The notes under the pieces were generated by a model. It saw only the letters and a list, made by a program, of their open reading frames with translations, made no database searches and was not told the origin of the DNA. Source: Phoronis australis (lineage: Eukaryota > Animalia > Phoronida). Taken from it: DNA of 64,000 nucleotides. The stretch is from contig NMRA01000587.1 in assembly GCA_002633005.1 (NCBI GenBank), positions 133,767 to 197,766 of the forward strand. The letters run 5' to 3'. The position numbers and the translations under genes are program-made. Each line of letters starts with the position of its first letter. Within the stretch, counting starts at the first letter, position 1. This document shows positions 50,401 through 62,191 of this stretch, in pieces.

Positions 50401-53400
50401 TGGTCACTCGGCGATCTGGTCCGGTATACATTTTCACCACGATGTACAGTTTATTATGGTTACGTGAAAGCGTTTTCAGGTGATTTGTTTCCTGATACAG
50501 TTGAGGTTTTTCATTTGTCGCCGCGACATACGTTAGCCCGGAAAAAGTAGAAAACGAGACAAAAGTCCGCGAAAGAGGCAAGAACTGGTAAAATTCGGCG
50601 AATGCACAATTAATAGCTCTGAACGTATGCCGTGATTTTTTAGGAAAAGGTCCACATTTTCATAAATTCGATCTCCCCATTTTTCAGGCTGGGTGAGCGA
50701 ATGCAACCGTCACGGCATCATCATTTCCTGTATTATGAATTTCGCCTCTTCTCAGGATCATAGAGCTGAGAGTCAATTTTTGAGTATACGATTTCCCTTC
50801 CCACAAATTTAGCTGCGTCCATTGCCTTACCAAAAACTCTACAGTGTCGACGTTTGCAAAATACCAAAGGTCCACCGTTCTAGAAACTCGAACCACCCCC
50901 ACGCGATGCTGGCTACGGGCCTGTGCTGGTGACTACTTAAAAGTACAATGCAATTGTTTTACGACACTTCAAACCTCAAAATAAAACAAATTCGTCAGAA
51001 TGACATTATCAAATCGACGCATTCGCAGTTATTTCGAGACGAAATCATTCGCACCTTTTCCTTATCCATTAGCTCCCTCCATGATCATCTGTGCAGATTA
51101 AATTTTGTAGCACAATTTGGAGCCTGTTTCGAAACAATCATGCACATTTCGCTAACATCAGTCATTGGACATTGACATCGTGTTTAATAAAAACGATCAC
51201 AATTTGTACTCTGTAGCAGACCGTTTGTTACCTTCTAAATGTACGTGTTGATCATATATTTTTTTCGTTTTATTTCATTCAGAGTTTTTCGTTACATACA
51301 TGTACTAGGGTAGTTGGAGACAAACTTAATTCCTGAAAAGAAACCTTTTGTCTCCCAGTAATGGTACTAATCGTGCAATAGCGTGTGGCATAACCGATTC
51401 AGCGTGTACCCAGCAAAACAATGTTTTAAACAATTTTAGCGTTTGATTCCAACCACTTTTTGCTAGAAAATTAGCGTCGACTTGATTTTAAATCAGATAA
51501 GTGCCTTCCGGGCTTGGAAAAAAAATGGTAACTTGCTTCTCGCTTGCCGCATAAACTGAACTGAAGTGACAAACCAACTTGACAAACTGGCCTCAAGCAA
51601 CCAGATGTTAGACAGTGGTTACTTCTTTAAAAGCCAGGAGATGTTGGAGCTTTCACAAAGTCTTTCCTCCTCCTAACGGTTTCTGTTTTCAGTTGATATC
51701 CAGAGCATCTGAATTTGGCTGGTACTCAACGTAAAGTTGTGAAATTGCCATATATCGTTATTGTAATGTCACATGTAGGAAAGAGCTCAGCTCCAAGAAC
51801 AAATAAACTCTCTCTCTCTTTCTCTCTCTCTTTCACACTATCACTTTCTCTCTCTCTCTCTCCCTCTCTGTCTGACACATTTTCTCTCTCACTCTCACTG
51901 TCTCTCCTAATCTCACTCTCTCTCTCTCTTTCTCTGTCTCACTTTCTCACTGTCTCTCACTACTCTCTCTCTCTTTTCACTCTCTCATTCTCTCTCTTTT
52001 TTTTTCTCAACATCATTCTCACTCACTCTCCCTCATTCTATCTCTCTCTTTTTCTCTCTCTCCTCTCTCTTTCTTTTTCTATCTCCCTCTCACTNTCTCT
52101 CATTCCATGTCTCTCTTTTCTCTCTCTTCCTCTCTCTCTCATTCTCTCTCTTTTTCCCCTCTCTAGCCCTCTCTTCCGTCCCTCTGCTTTTGTCTTTACT
52201 TCAATACTTTTAGTCTAATGTACATATTTGACTTTCTGTGGTTAGAAAAACATGTTAAGTATGAAATGTATGAATTTATCAGTATTTAAGGACACATATG
52301 ATAATTATAATCGTCCGGGTGTCTGGAAAACAAGAATACCTCGCTGCTGTTTGCCCATTACGCTCGACCTCACTTTTCTATTACGACCCCGAACTGCGCA
52401 CTAACGTAATGTTTACTACACATTAAGAACTGATGTTGTGATATCAGAGTAATCACTAAGCGGAGCTTTTGGATTGCTGGTGACATAGAGGTCAATCCAG
52501 GACCAGTCATTCAGGCTTCAGTCTGCTTCAACATCAACAGTATCAAGGCGAACAATTTTTCAAGATTTGAAACCTTCAAGCAATTATTATAGATAAAAAG
52601 GACATGGTCATAGCCATATTGAATCTGGAACACTGTCAGAAGACAACCTCAGTGCACTCATTATTTCAGAATACAGCATTGCCCACGACGCTCATGCCGG
52701 GAGGGGGTTGAACTTGTTTGTCCACAACTTCGTAAATTACAAAACAATTGATAATAAAATTATACAATCAATGAATAACTGATGGATAAAATTTTATGTC
52801 AACCACAAGAAGGTATATTGTGTTTTTTCTATCGCTCACCCTCACAGACGTCCCATGAATGTAAAGCATATTTCAAGACCTTTTCAGAACAATTGCAAGA
52901 ACTCTCACAAATTAATAAAACAATTGTTACCAAAGGGGATTTCAACGCAAGAAATAGTACTTGACAATGACAACCAAGCCGGTCTCGAATTATTCGATAT
53001 TCTCCTCTCAAATGACTGTGTAAAACTAATAAACGAACCGACAACTTAATTTATGTATTACAAACAATCTCAGATTAATTGATACCACTTAAGTTAGACC
53101 TCCCATTGGTAACACAGAGCGCCAGGTTCACACTCAGCTGCTAACCTAAAGAACCAGACATTATCAAAAAGATCTGGAATTAAAACCTTATTGACATGGA
53201 CAAACTGCGCACTGACATAACCACATTTAACTGGACTGACATACTGAAAAAAGTGGCATAAATGACGCAGTCTCAACATTCACACAGTCACACTACAACA
53301 GATAATAATATCCCATTAACCATTAAAACAATAAAAAACAAGAACAAACCGCTGTTTAAAAATAATTCTGAAATAAATAAAAGAAATATACTGTACAGAT

Positions 53401-56400
53401 AGTTCAGAAAATCAAATAACCCGTGCACGTTTAAGTGCTACAAAGGATAGTGCAAGAATGTGGAAGAACTAATTAAAAAGACAAAACAAGACTATAAGAT
53501 GAAAATTATATGCAACGTCAATATTCTCTCCAAAAAATCTGAGGCATAGTGGGATATAGTAAACAAAATTCGAAGACAGCTAAAGCAATCGTCATACTAA
53601 AACATCCACTCAAAGGAATTCAATACTCACGCGTCACCAAAAACTAACATAGTAAATTATTTCTAGAATACTTCCCCGCCAAGAGTCACATTGCGCCAAC
53701 AACAAACTTTCCGGAATTCCCAAACAGATCATTAGAACACCTCTCTGACGTACAAGCCCAACCACTTGAAGTCCAAAAACTACAAGAAAACATCGACGAG
53801 AACACAAACAACGATAGCAATCTAATAACCAATAAAGTAATCAAGATAATAGCAAGGGAGCTTACAGTACCTCTGACAACATTATATCACAAAATCCTGC
53901 AATCTGGAAATTTTCTGGAAACTTGTCAACTATAGCCCCATAATTCTACGTAAAAAATTATTCAAAATTATTTCTCAACACAGGTTTGGCCACCTCTCTT
54001 CACAAAATCTCAAATATCGTCGCCAATTTGGATTCGTGCCTGGGAACAGCACTGTGTCCCAAATTACAGAAATTGTACATGACATCCACCTCCAGTTTGA
54101 GTAAGGGTACAACACGAGATCCGTATTTTTAAACATTGCGTCAGCTTTTGATGTCGTTCCCCATGATCCAGACACAATAAACTCTAAAACATTCTTATAT
54201 GCTGAAGACACAGCAATTTTCTATCCAATCTGAAAGAGCATACCCATGACTCCTTACAAGTGCAAACTGACATAAACAAACTCTATGACTGGTCTTACAA
54301 ATGGAAGATGAAATTTAAACCTGAAAAAGTGTTGATCTTATATTTTCTAAGTCTAATAATACTAATTTCCAAACAAATCCAATGCTGGAATTATCACTCA
54401 ATGGGGAAGTTACATGTATTCACAATATCGTAAAGGTGAAATTAGGAGCTTCTTTGAAATCGTTTAGGAACAGCACTCGCTGTCCACTGTGGAAAGCCCG
54501 ATGACAACATTGAACAATAACTGAGATGATTTTGAAATCTTTGAGGTTCATGATGTATTAACACTTTGCTAAATTTGTATTGTGTCCTCGTTAATTGAAT
54601 TTATAAATATTAATAATAATGATAAGGATAACGAAAACGATAACGAGTGATAGTAGGGACTAATAGTAGTAACTGGAGTGATAGTAATGTAATGCTAATA
54701 AAAATGATAATAAGTATCCAAATTCATGTCGTGTCAGCCCGGTGGGCATTCCTATAGAAGATGTATACGAAAAGTGTCGCCGAAAATGTGTTTTTTACTT
54801 AAAATACTCTCCAAAATGGTGTCATTTTCGACAAAAATATATCGAGAAGGTGCCTTTCTTGAATTTTTGGAACAGAAGTGTGCCAAAATGTGAGGTTTTA
54901 CAGAAATTTTAATAGTCTCTAAATGGGTCACGAGCCCACTCTCTAAACGGGTAGGTATTCAATTTTTCATGAGGCACTCCTCGTCTAAAATATTCTAGAA
55001 TCCCCCTGCCGTGCTAGATACCATTTGTTCGTGATTTTAGTCATTTTTGCAAGATGACGTGGGTTTCGTAAAATGTAACAATAGCACATTTCTCGCATGT
55101 GCGTTCGACGTGAAATGTAACAACTGCGTATTTACGTAACAACTTGTTACCTGTTAGGAGAGGCTTAGCAACGTAAAATGTACATTTTACGAAATTGTTA
55201 CATTTTACGGCGTATCACAGCACCCGTCGTTTCTCTCCTTTTGTGTGATGCAGGGCAATTACTGCACTGGCCATGCCTCCAAGGTAATAAATCACTAGCC
55301 GAAATAAATCAAACTATCGTGGATTAAAACTGTTGTTTTTTCTATTAAACTGGCTTCCGAAATTAAATTCTCCATGAAAATTTTTGCTATTGTCGTTCAA
55401 ACCCGAAGAAATACGATAAATATATGTTGTTCTTACAAAGGGAAGTGTGTTTACTGTAATGTTGGATAAAAATTGTTTATGAGCGTCAACAAAAGAATGT
55501 AAGAACGCTTTAGCGATAAAAAAAATTGTTACATGGTCCTGGAAACTCATTTCGTGTGCAATTGAAACTACATGCTGTACATTTTTTACTATACCATTAA
55601 ACTACTCATTTAAAACATTTCGTGTGCAATTGAAACTACATGCTGTACATTTTTTACTATACCATTAAACTACTCATTTAAAAAAAACATGGAGACACAT
55701 TTGTAAAGTCGACCTGGCACATTTGATAGAATTTCATTCACACAATCCGAAAAAGAAGGCGTTAAGTGTGTGAACGGTTTCTTCCATTTGACAAGTACCT
55801 TGCAAACTCTTGAAATATGACGTCGCTTCCGTAAAATGTAACAATGGTACATTTCTCGAATGTGCATTCGGCGTAAATTGTAACAATTACATCAAATGTA
55901 ACAACTTGTTACATTTTAGGAGAGGCCTAGTAACGTAAAATGTAACAATGACATAAAATGTAACAGTTGTTACACTTTACGAAATTGTTACATTTTACGG
56001 CTTTTCATTGCAGTCTTACCCCCCGGAATGTTAACGTAAAAAACAAAGTTTGACTGGAATATTTTTGCTTCGTCGCGGTTGTCGATATCCTTACCAATAC
56101 AATGCTATCGTTATTTCAATTGCAATTTCCAAAAGTCTTCATCAAAACATTTTGAAGCATGACCTACCAGGCAAGTATTTACGCATAATGTTGAATGGTA
56201 TTGATAGAGACGCCACCATGGTTTCAGTCACGCCAAGTAAGACGACGCACGTACAGCTGACGGTACGTAAGTGTTTGTTCTTGGCATATGCCGCAAAGAC
56301 AATCAGATTAGAGAACATTCCAGCCACCGCCAGGATGACGTCGAACGCCAGGTGAACATAAAGTGCGTGTGACGACAACCGCCGCCATGCGTCTTCTCCA

Positions 56401-56465
56401 ATCCCTTCACTTGTGTTCAAGAAATCTTCATGGTCAATGAGTTGACTGGAAGTGTTGTTGGCCAT
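38411..56465 (-). CDS. Class A (rhodopsin-like) orphan GPCR, 4 exons, 328 aa
   Basis: Exons 56465-56168 (N-terminus with NNT/NTS sequons, TM1 GMFSN, TM2 LLGVTE), 44465-44373 (C3.25, TM3), 42573-42469 (AVDRF, TM4 W) and 38901-38411 (ECL2 Cys, TM5-7, FTLCILP, NPIVY, helix 8). All three introns are phase-1 GT-AG; total 987 nt in one frame. Confidence 0.88.
40210..40343. mobile_element. ~140-bp MITE family copy 3
   Basis: Similar to 6597-6735; flanks CTG...CAG. Confidence 0.75.
42749..43071. mobile_element. 323-bp MITE with 5-bp TSD
   Basis: atcgg|CATAGGCGGATTTGGG ... CCTAGGTCCGCCACTG|atcgg. Confidence 0.8.
46330..50306 (+). mobile_element. Degenerate Ty3/gypsy LTR retrotransposon of Gmr1 type (gag-PR-INT-RT-RH), 5'-truncated; left boundary approximate
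   Basis: In order: zinc-knuckle remnant CFFC...HLARDC (~46406), protease VLRDTG (46598-46615), AVTTRAQ, integrase GHLGVRKT / IDLIGPL / TRYPEA / NGVCERTN / WD.YLP..LFAYR (47340-48100), RT SPVVLV.KK.GT.RFCVDYR / FGLVNS.ATF / YVDD (48400-48900), RNase H (49200-49550). Many stops and frameshifts. Confidence 0.9.
49671..50306 (+). repeat. 3' LTR of the Gmr1-like element (~636 bp)
   Basis: Follows the purine tract GGCAGGAG. Starts TGTGTTTTC and ends GAAAACGTGACA (imperfect terminal inverted repeat). TATAAA near 49902, AGTAAA at 50201. No matching 5' LTR in the window. Confidence 0.7.
51806..52190. repeat. Degenerate (CT)n polypyrimidine microsatellite
   Basis: Direct reading; it produces the spurious SL-rich ORF 51715-52218. 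Confidence 0.95.
52434..54420 (+). mobile_element. Decayed non-LTR retrotransposon (CR1/L2-type ORF2: 2A motif, APE endonuclease, partial RT)
   Basis: GDIEVNPGP (52479-52505), then CFNINSIK, FYRSP, GDFNA and INEPT (APE), then QFGFVPG.ST..QI, AFDVVPH, YAEDT and W..KWKM.F.PEK (RT). Many stops and an internal deletion. Confidence 0.85.
55548..55683. repeat. Recent 68-bp tandem duplication
   Basis: CATTTCGTGTGCAATTGAAACTACATGCTGTACA...ACTCATTTAAAA occurs twice, differing by one T. Confidence 0.9.
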
Positions 56466-57115
56466 CGTCCATGCAGCTGTGTAAACGTTTGTTGCAACCT
56501 GACTGCATTTGCTGCTATTTGAGCGAAGAAAGCGCGTCGTTAACCTGGCAACAACTCATTTCACTTACGCACATCCTGCTCCGTTACTTTCTCATTGGCG
56601 CGTTTGCTCTTTCAAGCAACATCATCGTGTTCTTACCCTTTGTTTGAATTGAAATTAGTTACAACACAACGCTTGGAATTCGGTGCCTAACATACACTGT
56701 AAACCGGCCTTTACAGCCAACCACGCGAGCCTAGCTTAAAGCAAAAGCGGTGTTTGTCTCTTTTCAAACAAGGGAGTCATTTTTGAGTAAGAAACAAAAT
56801 GAAAGCGATTTGATGACACTGTTTTTACTTCACTTTTAGCGATTTTTTTAAGAATGACCTTAGTTGATCTCGGAAACATTTTTTTTCTCAGACACGTTTT
56901 CCGGTCATCGGGACCAAAATTGCGAGATATGAAGATTTGTGAAGCTGACTGAAATATTTGAAACAAGCTGAAACATTTATTGCTTATAAAAAGTTTGTAT
57001 ATGAAAGCTTTTCTGGTAAATGGGAACATTTTATTGTTCACGTTAACTTCATGTACCAGTTGTTTACTTAATACGACATTGGTCTTTCCTGAGGTGTGCA
57101 TGTGCGTATGAATAG

Positions 57116-57830
57116 ATTTTTTTGTTTTTTGTACTTGTTTATCAATGATAAGTGTTGATGACGTGTATCATTATTGTCATTGGTTCTTGTGTTTCATTTA
57201 CTTATCACGCTGTTTATTTCTTTATACAGTGTAGGTAGCAGTACATCTTTTGCCGCTGTGATTTGGTTTCTTTTAGCAAGCCGGTTCTTTCCAATGGTTA
57301 CAATAGCATTTGCATCGTCTAATAGTAGCTTGACCGGCCGGCTATTATTACGTATTAGCCTCAGTATGTTACGCGGTTTTTGGTGACTAGCGTTTCTCGT
57401 GTATAGCGGCATTCGTTGACAAGATCTGTAACGCGAATCATATGTTTTCCTCGGATGCTGGAATTTTTAGATTAAGCACAGACTGCCGGCCAAACTGTTG
57501 TAAGTACTGAGTATTATGGCACAGCATGTTGTACTCGTGTGTATCTACTAGCTGAGTTTAGAGCGTACGTAATTGATGTTTAGCGTATAGTTTCATTCAG
57601 CTGCTTGTTTGGCGTATATCTTGCGGGGTACCCGGTTCATGGGATAAGTAGTTAGGCCTACGAGTCGCACTTAGGTAGTTGTTAGTGTATAACAATGGTC
57701 CCCAGTTGTAGAATAGATAGTACGGGTTCCAGTTAGTTGTGTATTGTTAGTGAGGTAGTATTTGTTAGGCCTGTAATACAGAGTCATTGTTGCGAGTATT
57801 TCTAACGCTCTGATACATAGTGTTAATTAA
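57116..57830 (-). mobile_element. Possible 3' remnant of an L1/Tx1-like LINE
   Basis: A/C-rich minus-strand coding-like composition, a Cys-containing segment (SLCL.....DLVNECRY) reminiscent of the ORF2 C-terminal zinc motif, and an A-rich end near 57116-57135. Weak. Confidence 0.3.
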
Positions 57831-57865
57831 TTACGCTTGCTTGCCGAGTACTCAGACTGCAGATA

Positions 57866-57977
57866 ACCGCTTGTTCGGTTTCACCTTTACAACGCTTGTT
57901 CGGTTTCACCTGTTCAACGCTTGTTCGGTTTCACCTTTTCAACGCTTGTTCGGTTTCACCTTTCAACGCTTGTTCGG
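57866..57977. repeat. 25-bp tandem repeat, ~4.5 copies (AACGCTTGTTCGGTTTCACCTTTTC)
   Basis: Direct reading. Confidence 0.9.
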
Positions 57978-58034
57978 ACACTTTTTACATCACCTGTATC
58001 TCTGTCGTTTGCCAATGCTGCACCGAATAAATGA

Positions 58035-59037
58035 GGACAAAATTATGTTGATGACCATTATGCAGACAAAATTATGTTGATGACCATTATGCAGACAAAA
58101 TTATGTTGATAACCATTATACAGACAAAATTATGTTGATGATCATTATGCAGACAAAATTATGTTGATGATCATTATGCAGACAAAATTATGTTGATGAT
58201 CATTATGCGGACAAAATTATGTTGAGGACCATTATGAGGACAAAATTATGTTGAGGACCGTATTTGAAACAAAATTATGTTGATGACTATTATGCGGACA
58301 AAATTATGTTGATGATCATTTTGCTGAAAAAATTATGTTGATGATCAATATGGAAACAAAATTATGTTGATGACCATTATGCGGACAAAATTATGTTGAT
58401 GACCATTATATGGGCAAAACTATGTTGATTATTATTATGCAGACAAAATTATGTTCATGACTATTATGCAGACAAAATTATGTTGATGATCATTATGGAA
58501 ACAAAATTATGTTGATGACCATGATGCGGACAAAAGAATGTTGATGACCATCATGTGGACAAAAGTATGTTGATGATTATTACGCAGACAAAATTATGTT
58601 CATGACTATTATGCAGACAAAATGATGTTGATGATCATTGTAAAAACAAATTCATGTTAATGACCATTATGCGGACAAAATTATGTTAATGACCATCATG
58701 TGGACAAAAGTATGTTGATGATCATTTTGGAAACAAAATTATGTGGATGACCATTATGCGGACAAAATAATGTTGATGATCATTATTGAAACAAAATTAC
58801 GTTAAAGATCATTATGAAGACAAAATTATGTCGTTGATCATTATGCGGACAAAATTATGTTGATGATCATTATGCGGACAAAATTATGTAAATGATCATG
58901 ATGCAGACAAAATTATGTTGATGACCATGATGCGGACAAAATGATGTTGATGATCATTATGCGGACAAAAATATGTAAATGATCATTATGCAGACAAAAT
59001 TATGTTGATGATCATTATGCGGACAAAATTATGTTGA
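58035..59037. repeat. 29-bp satellite, ~34 copies (GACAAAATTATGTTGATGATCATTATGC[A/G]), ending at an N
   Basis: Direct reading. The array ends at an ambiguous base (59038), so its true length may be greater. Confidence 0.95.
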
Positions 59038-59038
59038 N

Positions 59039-60225
59039 TTTAATTGGTATTATGTCATGCGATTCCTAGTACAGGAAGTGTGTCATAGGTAACCCATCAT
59101 ATGTTGTTATGTAGTTGTGTGTATATATATTGTGATGATATGTAGAATAAATCAGTTCAGTGTTCAGTTCAATTCTGTTCGTTTCACTGCGTAGTTCATG
59201 GAGTGTCTACTTTATTTGACAAAGTAAGATACACAACAGTGGCGACGAGATGACTGCGAGCTCACAAAGTTACCTGCCCCCGTTTTCCAGTGAATATGAT
59301 GGTAGCGAGGAGTGGGAATGCTACTTGGAAAGATTTGAACTGTTTCTACAAGCGAATGGGGAAACAGATTTCACGAAGAAGCAAGTGGCAGCAAGGCTCT
59401 TGCATTCCATTGGCAAGAAGTATTGTGGAATTGTACGGGATCTGGTCAGCCCAGCCAAACCCAACCAGAAAACATACGTAGAGTTAAAGGAAACTCTGAC
59501 GAAACACTTGGCAGGACCACGACTAACAATTGCGGAAAGAAGAAAGTTTATCAAACGAGACCAAAATAGAGGTGAGTCGATTATGGACCATGTAGTCGCG
59601 CTCAAACACCTCAGTCTTACCTGCAAGTTTGGTGATAAACTGGACGAGCAATTGAGGGACAGACTTATTAGCGGAATTGCTAATGAGCAGACTTCGCTAA
59701 AGTTGCTTGAGAAGTCAAGGGAAAAGGAACTGACGTTTAATGAAACTGTCGAGTTCGCCTTAGCCAGAGAAAATATTTTCATGGAAAACAAAACCATGAA
59801 AGGTGAAATAGCTTCCACTGACATAAAGGTGGTAAAGGCCAAAAGGAAAAATTGGGACCAGAAAAGCCGGCGAGTTGACAATCCAAAGGCAAGACCAAAG
59901 GGGAAAGCCAGCACCGAGTGCTACAGATGTGCCAAGCCCTCACACCATCCAGATGAATGTTGGTTCAAGAATTCAACGTGTCACAAGTGTAAGAAAAAGG
60001 GGCACATTAAAGTTGCATGCGGGAGACAGCCTAGCACGAGACGTACATGTATACTCCAAGCTGGAGGCGACCCAAACGACAGCGAGGACAGCGATACAGA
60101 ATATAGCGTAAACAACACGGGAACAGATGACGCTATCTACGTGACACTAAATGTTGGTGGTCATTTTCTAGAGATGGAAATGGACACTGGCAGCCATGAC
60201 TCCATCATACCATATGATTTGTATG
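59039..60225 (+). mobile_element. 3'-truncated Ty3/gypsy (Mag-like) element: LTR end, PBS, gag with two CCHC knuckles, protease start
   Basis: AATAAA, then ...ACAACA (59238), PBS TGGCGACGAG (59240-59249) and ATG at 59250. Gag has W..Y.ERF, F..R.Q..GE and LRDRLI.G, knuckles CYRCAKPSHHPDEC and CHKCKKKGHIKVAC, then protease MDTGS. Homology stops near 60225. Confidence 0.9.
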
Positions 60226-60284
60226 TAAGTCCAATATTTCCGCCATCTTTAACCGGAAGTCAACGATTTTCTGCACAGTTGTAG
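59250..60284 (+). CDS. Retrotransposon Gag-protease ORF (344 aa; the last ~20 aa run into the adjacent repeat)
   Basis: Uninterrupted ORF with capsid-like motifs, two zinc knuckles and a DTG aspartic-protease triad. Confidence 0.8.
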   Translation: MTASSQSYLPPFSSEYDGSEEWECYLERFELFLQANGETDFTKKQVAARLLHSIGKKYCGIVRDLVSPAKPNQKTYVELKETLTKHLAGPRLTIAERRKFIKRDQNRGESIMDHVVALKHLSLTCKFGDKLDEQLRDRLISGIANEQTSLKLLEKSREKELTFNETVEFALARENIFMENKTMKGEIASTDIKVVKAKRKNWDQKSRRVDNPKARPKGKASTECYRCAKPSHHPDECWFKNSTCHKCKKKGHIKVACGRQPSTRRTCILQAGGDPNDSEDSDTEYSVNNTGTDDAIYVTLNVGGHFLEMEMDTGSHDSIIPYDLYVSPIFPPSLTGSQRFSAQL

Positions 60285-61870
60285 CACATGCGTTCTAGTA
60301 TAATCGTACAGACTTTCATCTATGTACGTCGAAAAATACGGGCTCTACAAGCATTTGACTGTCAAATACTCGTAGAGGCCGCATTTTTTAACCTACGCGG
60401 CTGAAAATCGGTACGAGTGTACTACAAAGCATGTGCTACAATTGTGCAGAAAATCGTTGACTTCCAGTTAAAGATGGCGGAAATTTCGGACTTGGCGCAT
60501 GCGCACCCCGAAATATGGCCAAAAACGTTTTCTCCTTTAGAGGGCGCATTTGCAAACCAATCACTTTCAAACTGGTCACGTGTTTGTTGAGTTCAATCAG
60601 CTTTTATAAAAAATTATTGAACCGGAAGTCACTTTCAAGATGGCGGCTGTGGCGCATGTTCACATGGTTTCAATCACTCTGGTGTCGCATTTTCAACGGG
60701 AAGAGCAAATGACGTGAATTTTTGCATGTGGATTCCATGAAGTATGGCCTTTAAAAAGTCTGCGAGAGCGTATTTCTCAGATTTACCGTTTTCGAGTTAT
60801 TTGACTTTGAATTTCAAAAAAAACGGCAAATTTTCTCGAAAAATTTTTGGACTTTTGCCAAACTACCACTTTAGATAGAGTTTTAAACAGGCTTTCAGTT
60901 CACTTTATTTTGGTTATGCCTAGTTGACCCAGACTGACCCAGCCAGCACTGTCCTACTGCAGACTGGACCGTCATGTTGCGCCATCTATTGTTCTTTATT
61001 GTAGTTGATTGTATGCTCTCTATTTGATTTCTTCGCTAGTCACATGAATGTTATCGTGTTTGCCAAACTACCACTTTAGATAGAGTTTTGAACGGGCTTT
61101 CATTTTTTATTGTAGTTGATTGTATGCTCTCAATTTGATTTCTTCGCTAGTCACATGAATGATATCGTGTTCGTCGTCTTTTCGATTAATTCCGCCAAGT
61201 GTCGCTCCTCCGAGCGCTCTCGTTTTTTTTTTGTTCGCACGATACAGGTCGCAATTTTCGTCCGATCATCACGAAATTTACACATAACACGTACTTCCGA
61301 ATGTATTGGTAGCCTTTTGTTTTTCGTCAAAATCGAATCCAAGATGGCGGCTGTGGCGGCCATTTTGTTTTCATTTAAAGGTTCAAATGCCTCTGGAGGC
61401 TACAATTTTTTACGTAAAAGACTAAGAATCGGCACAGTAAATGGACTGGAAGTTTGCTACAAGTATACTGGAAATTGTTAACTTCCGGTTAAAGATCGCG
61501 GAAATATCGGCGATCGCGCATGCGCACCTCGATTTTGGCCTAAAAACGTTTTCTCCTGTAGAGGGCGCATTATGAGACCAATTCCTTCGAAATTTTACAG
61601 GTATTAGTTTCTTATGACATGCTATTACACAAAGTCAAAAAACCGGAAGTTGCTTTCAAGATGGCGGTTTTGGCGCATGTTGACCTATTTTCAGTCGTGC
61701 TCAGGTGCCACCTAAACGTGATGAGAAAATGACGTGAATTTTTGCATGTGGATTCTTTAAGGTATACGCTTTCAAATGCACTCCAACAATTTTTTCTCAG
61801 ACTTACCGTTTTCGAGATATTTGACTTTGAATTTCTTTAAAAAAACCCCAAAATTTCATTTTTTCGAAAA
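60227..61870. mobile_element. Composite non-coding repeat element with internal inverted and direct duplications
   Basis: 60227-60300 is inverted relative to 60417-60493. About 60455-60850 recurs at about 61475-61870, with short duplicates within 60860-61170. Confidence 0.65.
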
Positions 61871-62074
61871 AATTTACGGAATTGTGTGATACTATCAATT
61901 TATTTGGAAATTTTCCTCTTAAAAGCCCACTCAGCGTCAACTTTTTATCGCAAATTCAGTTTTGTGGAGCATTTATCATTGATAAAAACGAACAAGGCGT
62001 TGACGATCTATGCATTTATTAACAAAAAATTAAACAGTAAAAGAGTGTCAAGTCAAGCAAAACTATGACTTATC

Positions 62075-62191
62075 GTTTACACTCCCCCTTTTCCGAATAA
62101 ACGCCTGGGCGTTTATTTGGTGTTGCTAAAACGCCTGAAATTTGTCATTTTTCGAATACACAGCCATGGGCTTATCTACGGAACTTCCCCG
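62075..62191. mobile_element. Terminus of the MITE family seen at 5865-6580
   Basis: Reverse complement of 5865-5980, ending ...GAACTTCCCCG|TA. Confidence 0.7.

Noticed and set aside
51715-52218. 167-aa Ser/Leu-rich ORF
   Set aside because: Translation of a CT microsatellite.
58035-59037. CRISPR-like 29-bp array
   Set aside because: No spacers; a tandem satellite.
59321-59914. 197-aa minus-strand ORF
   Set aside because: Antisense shadow of gag.
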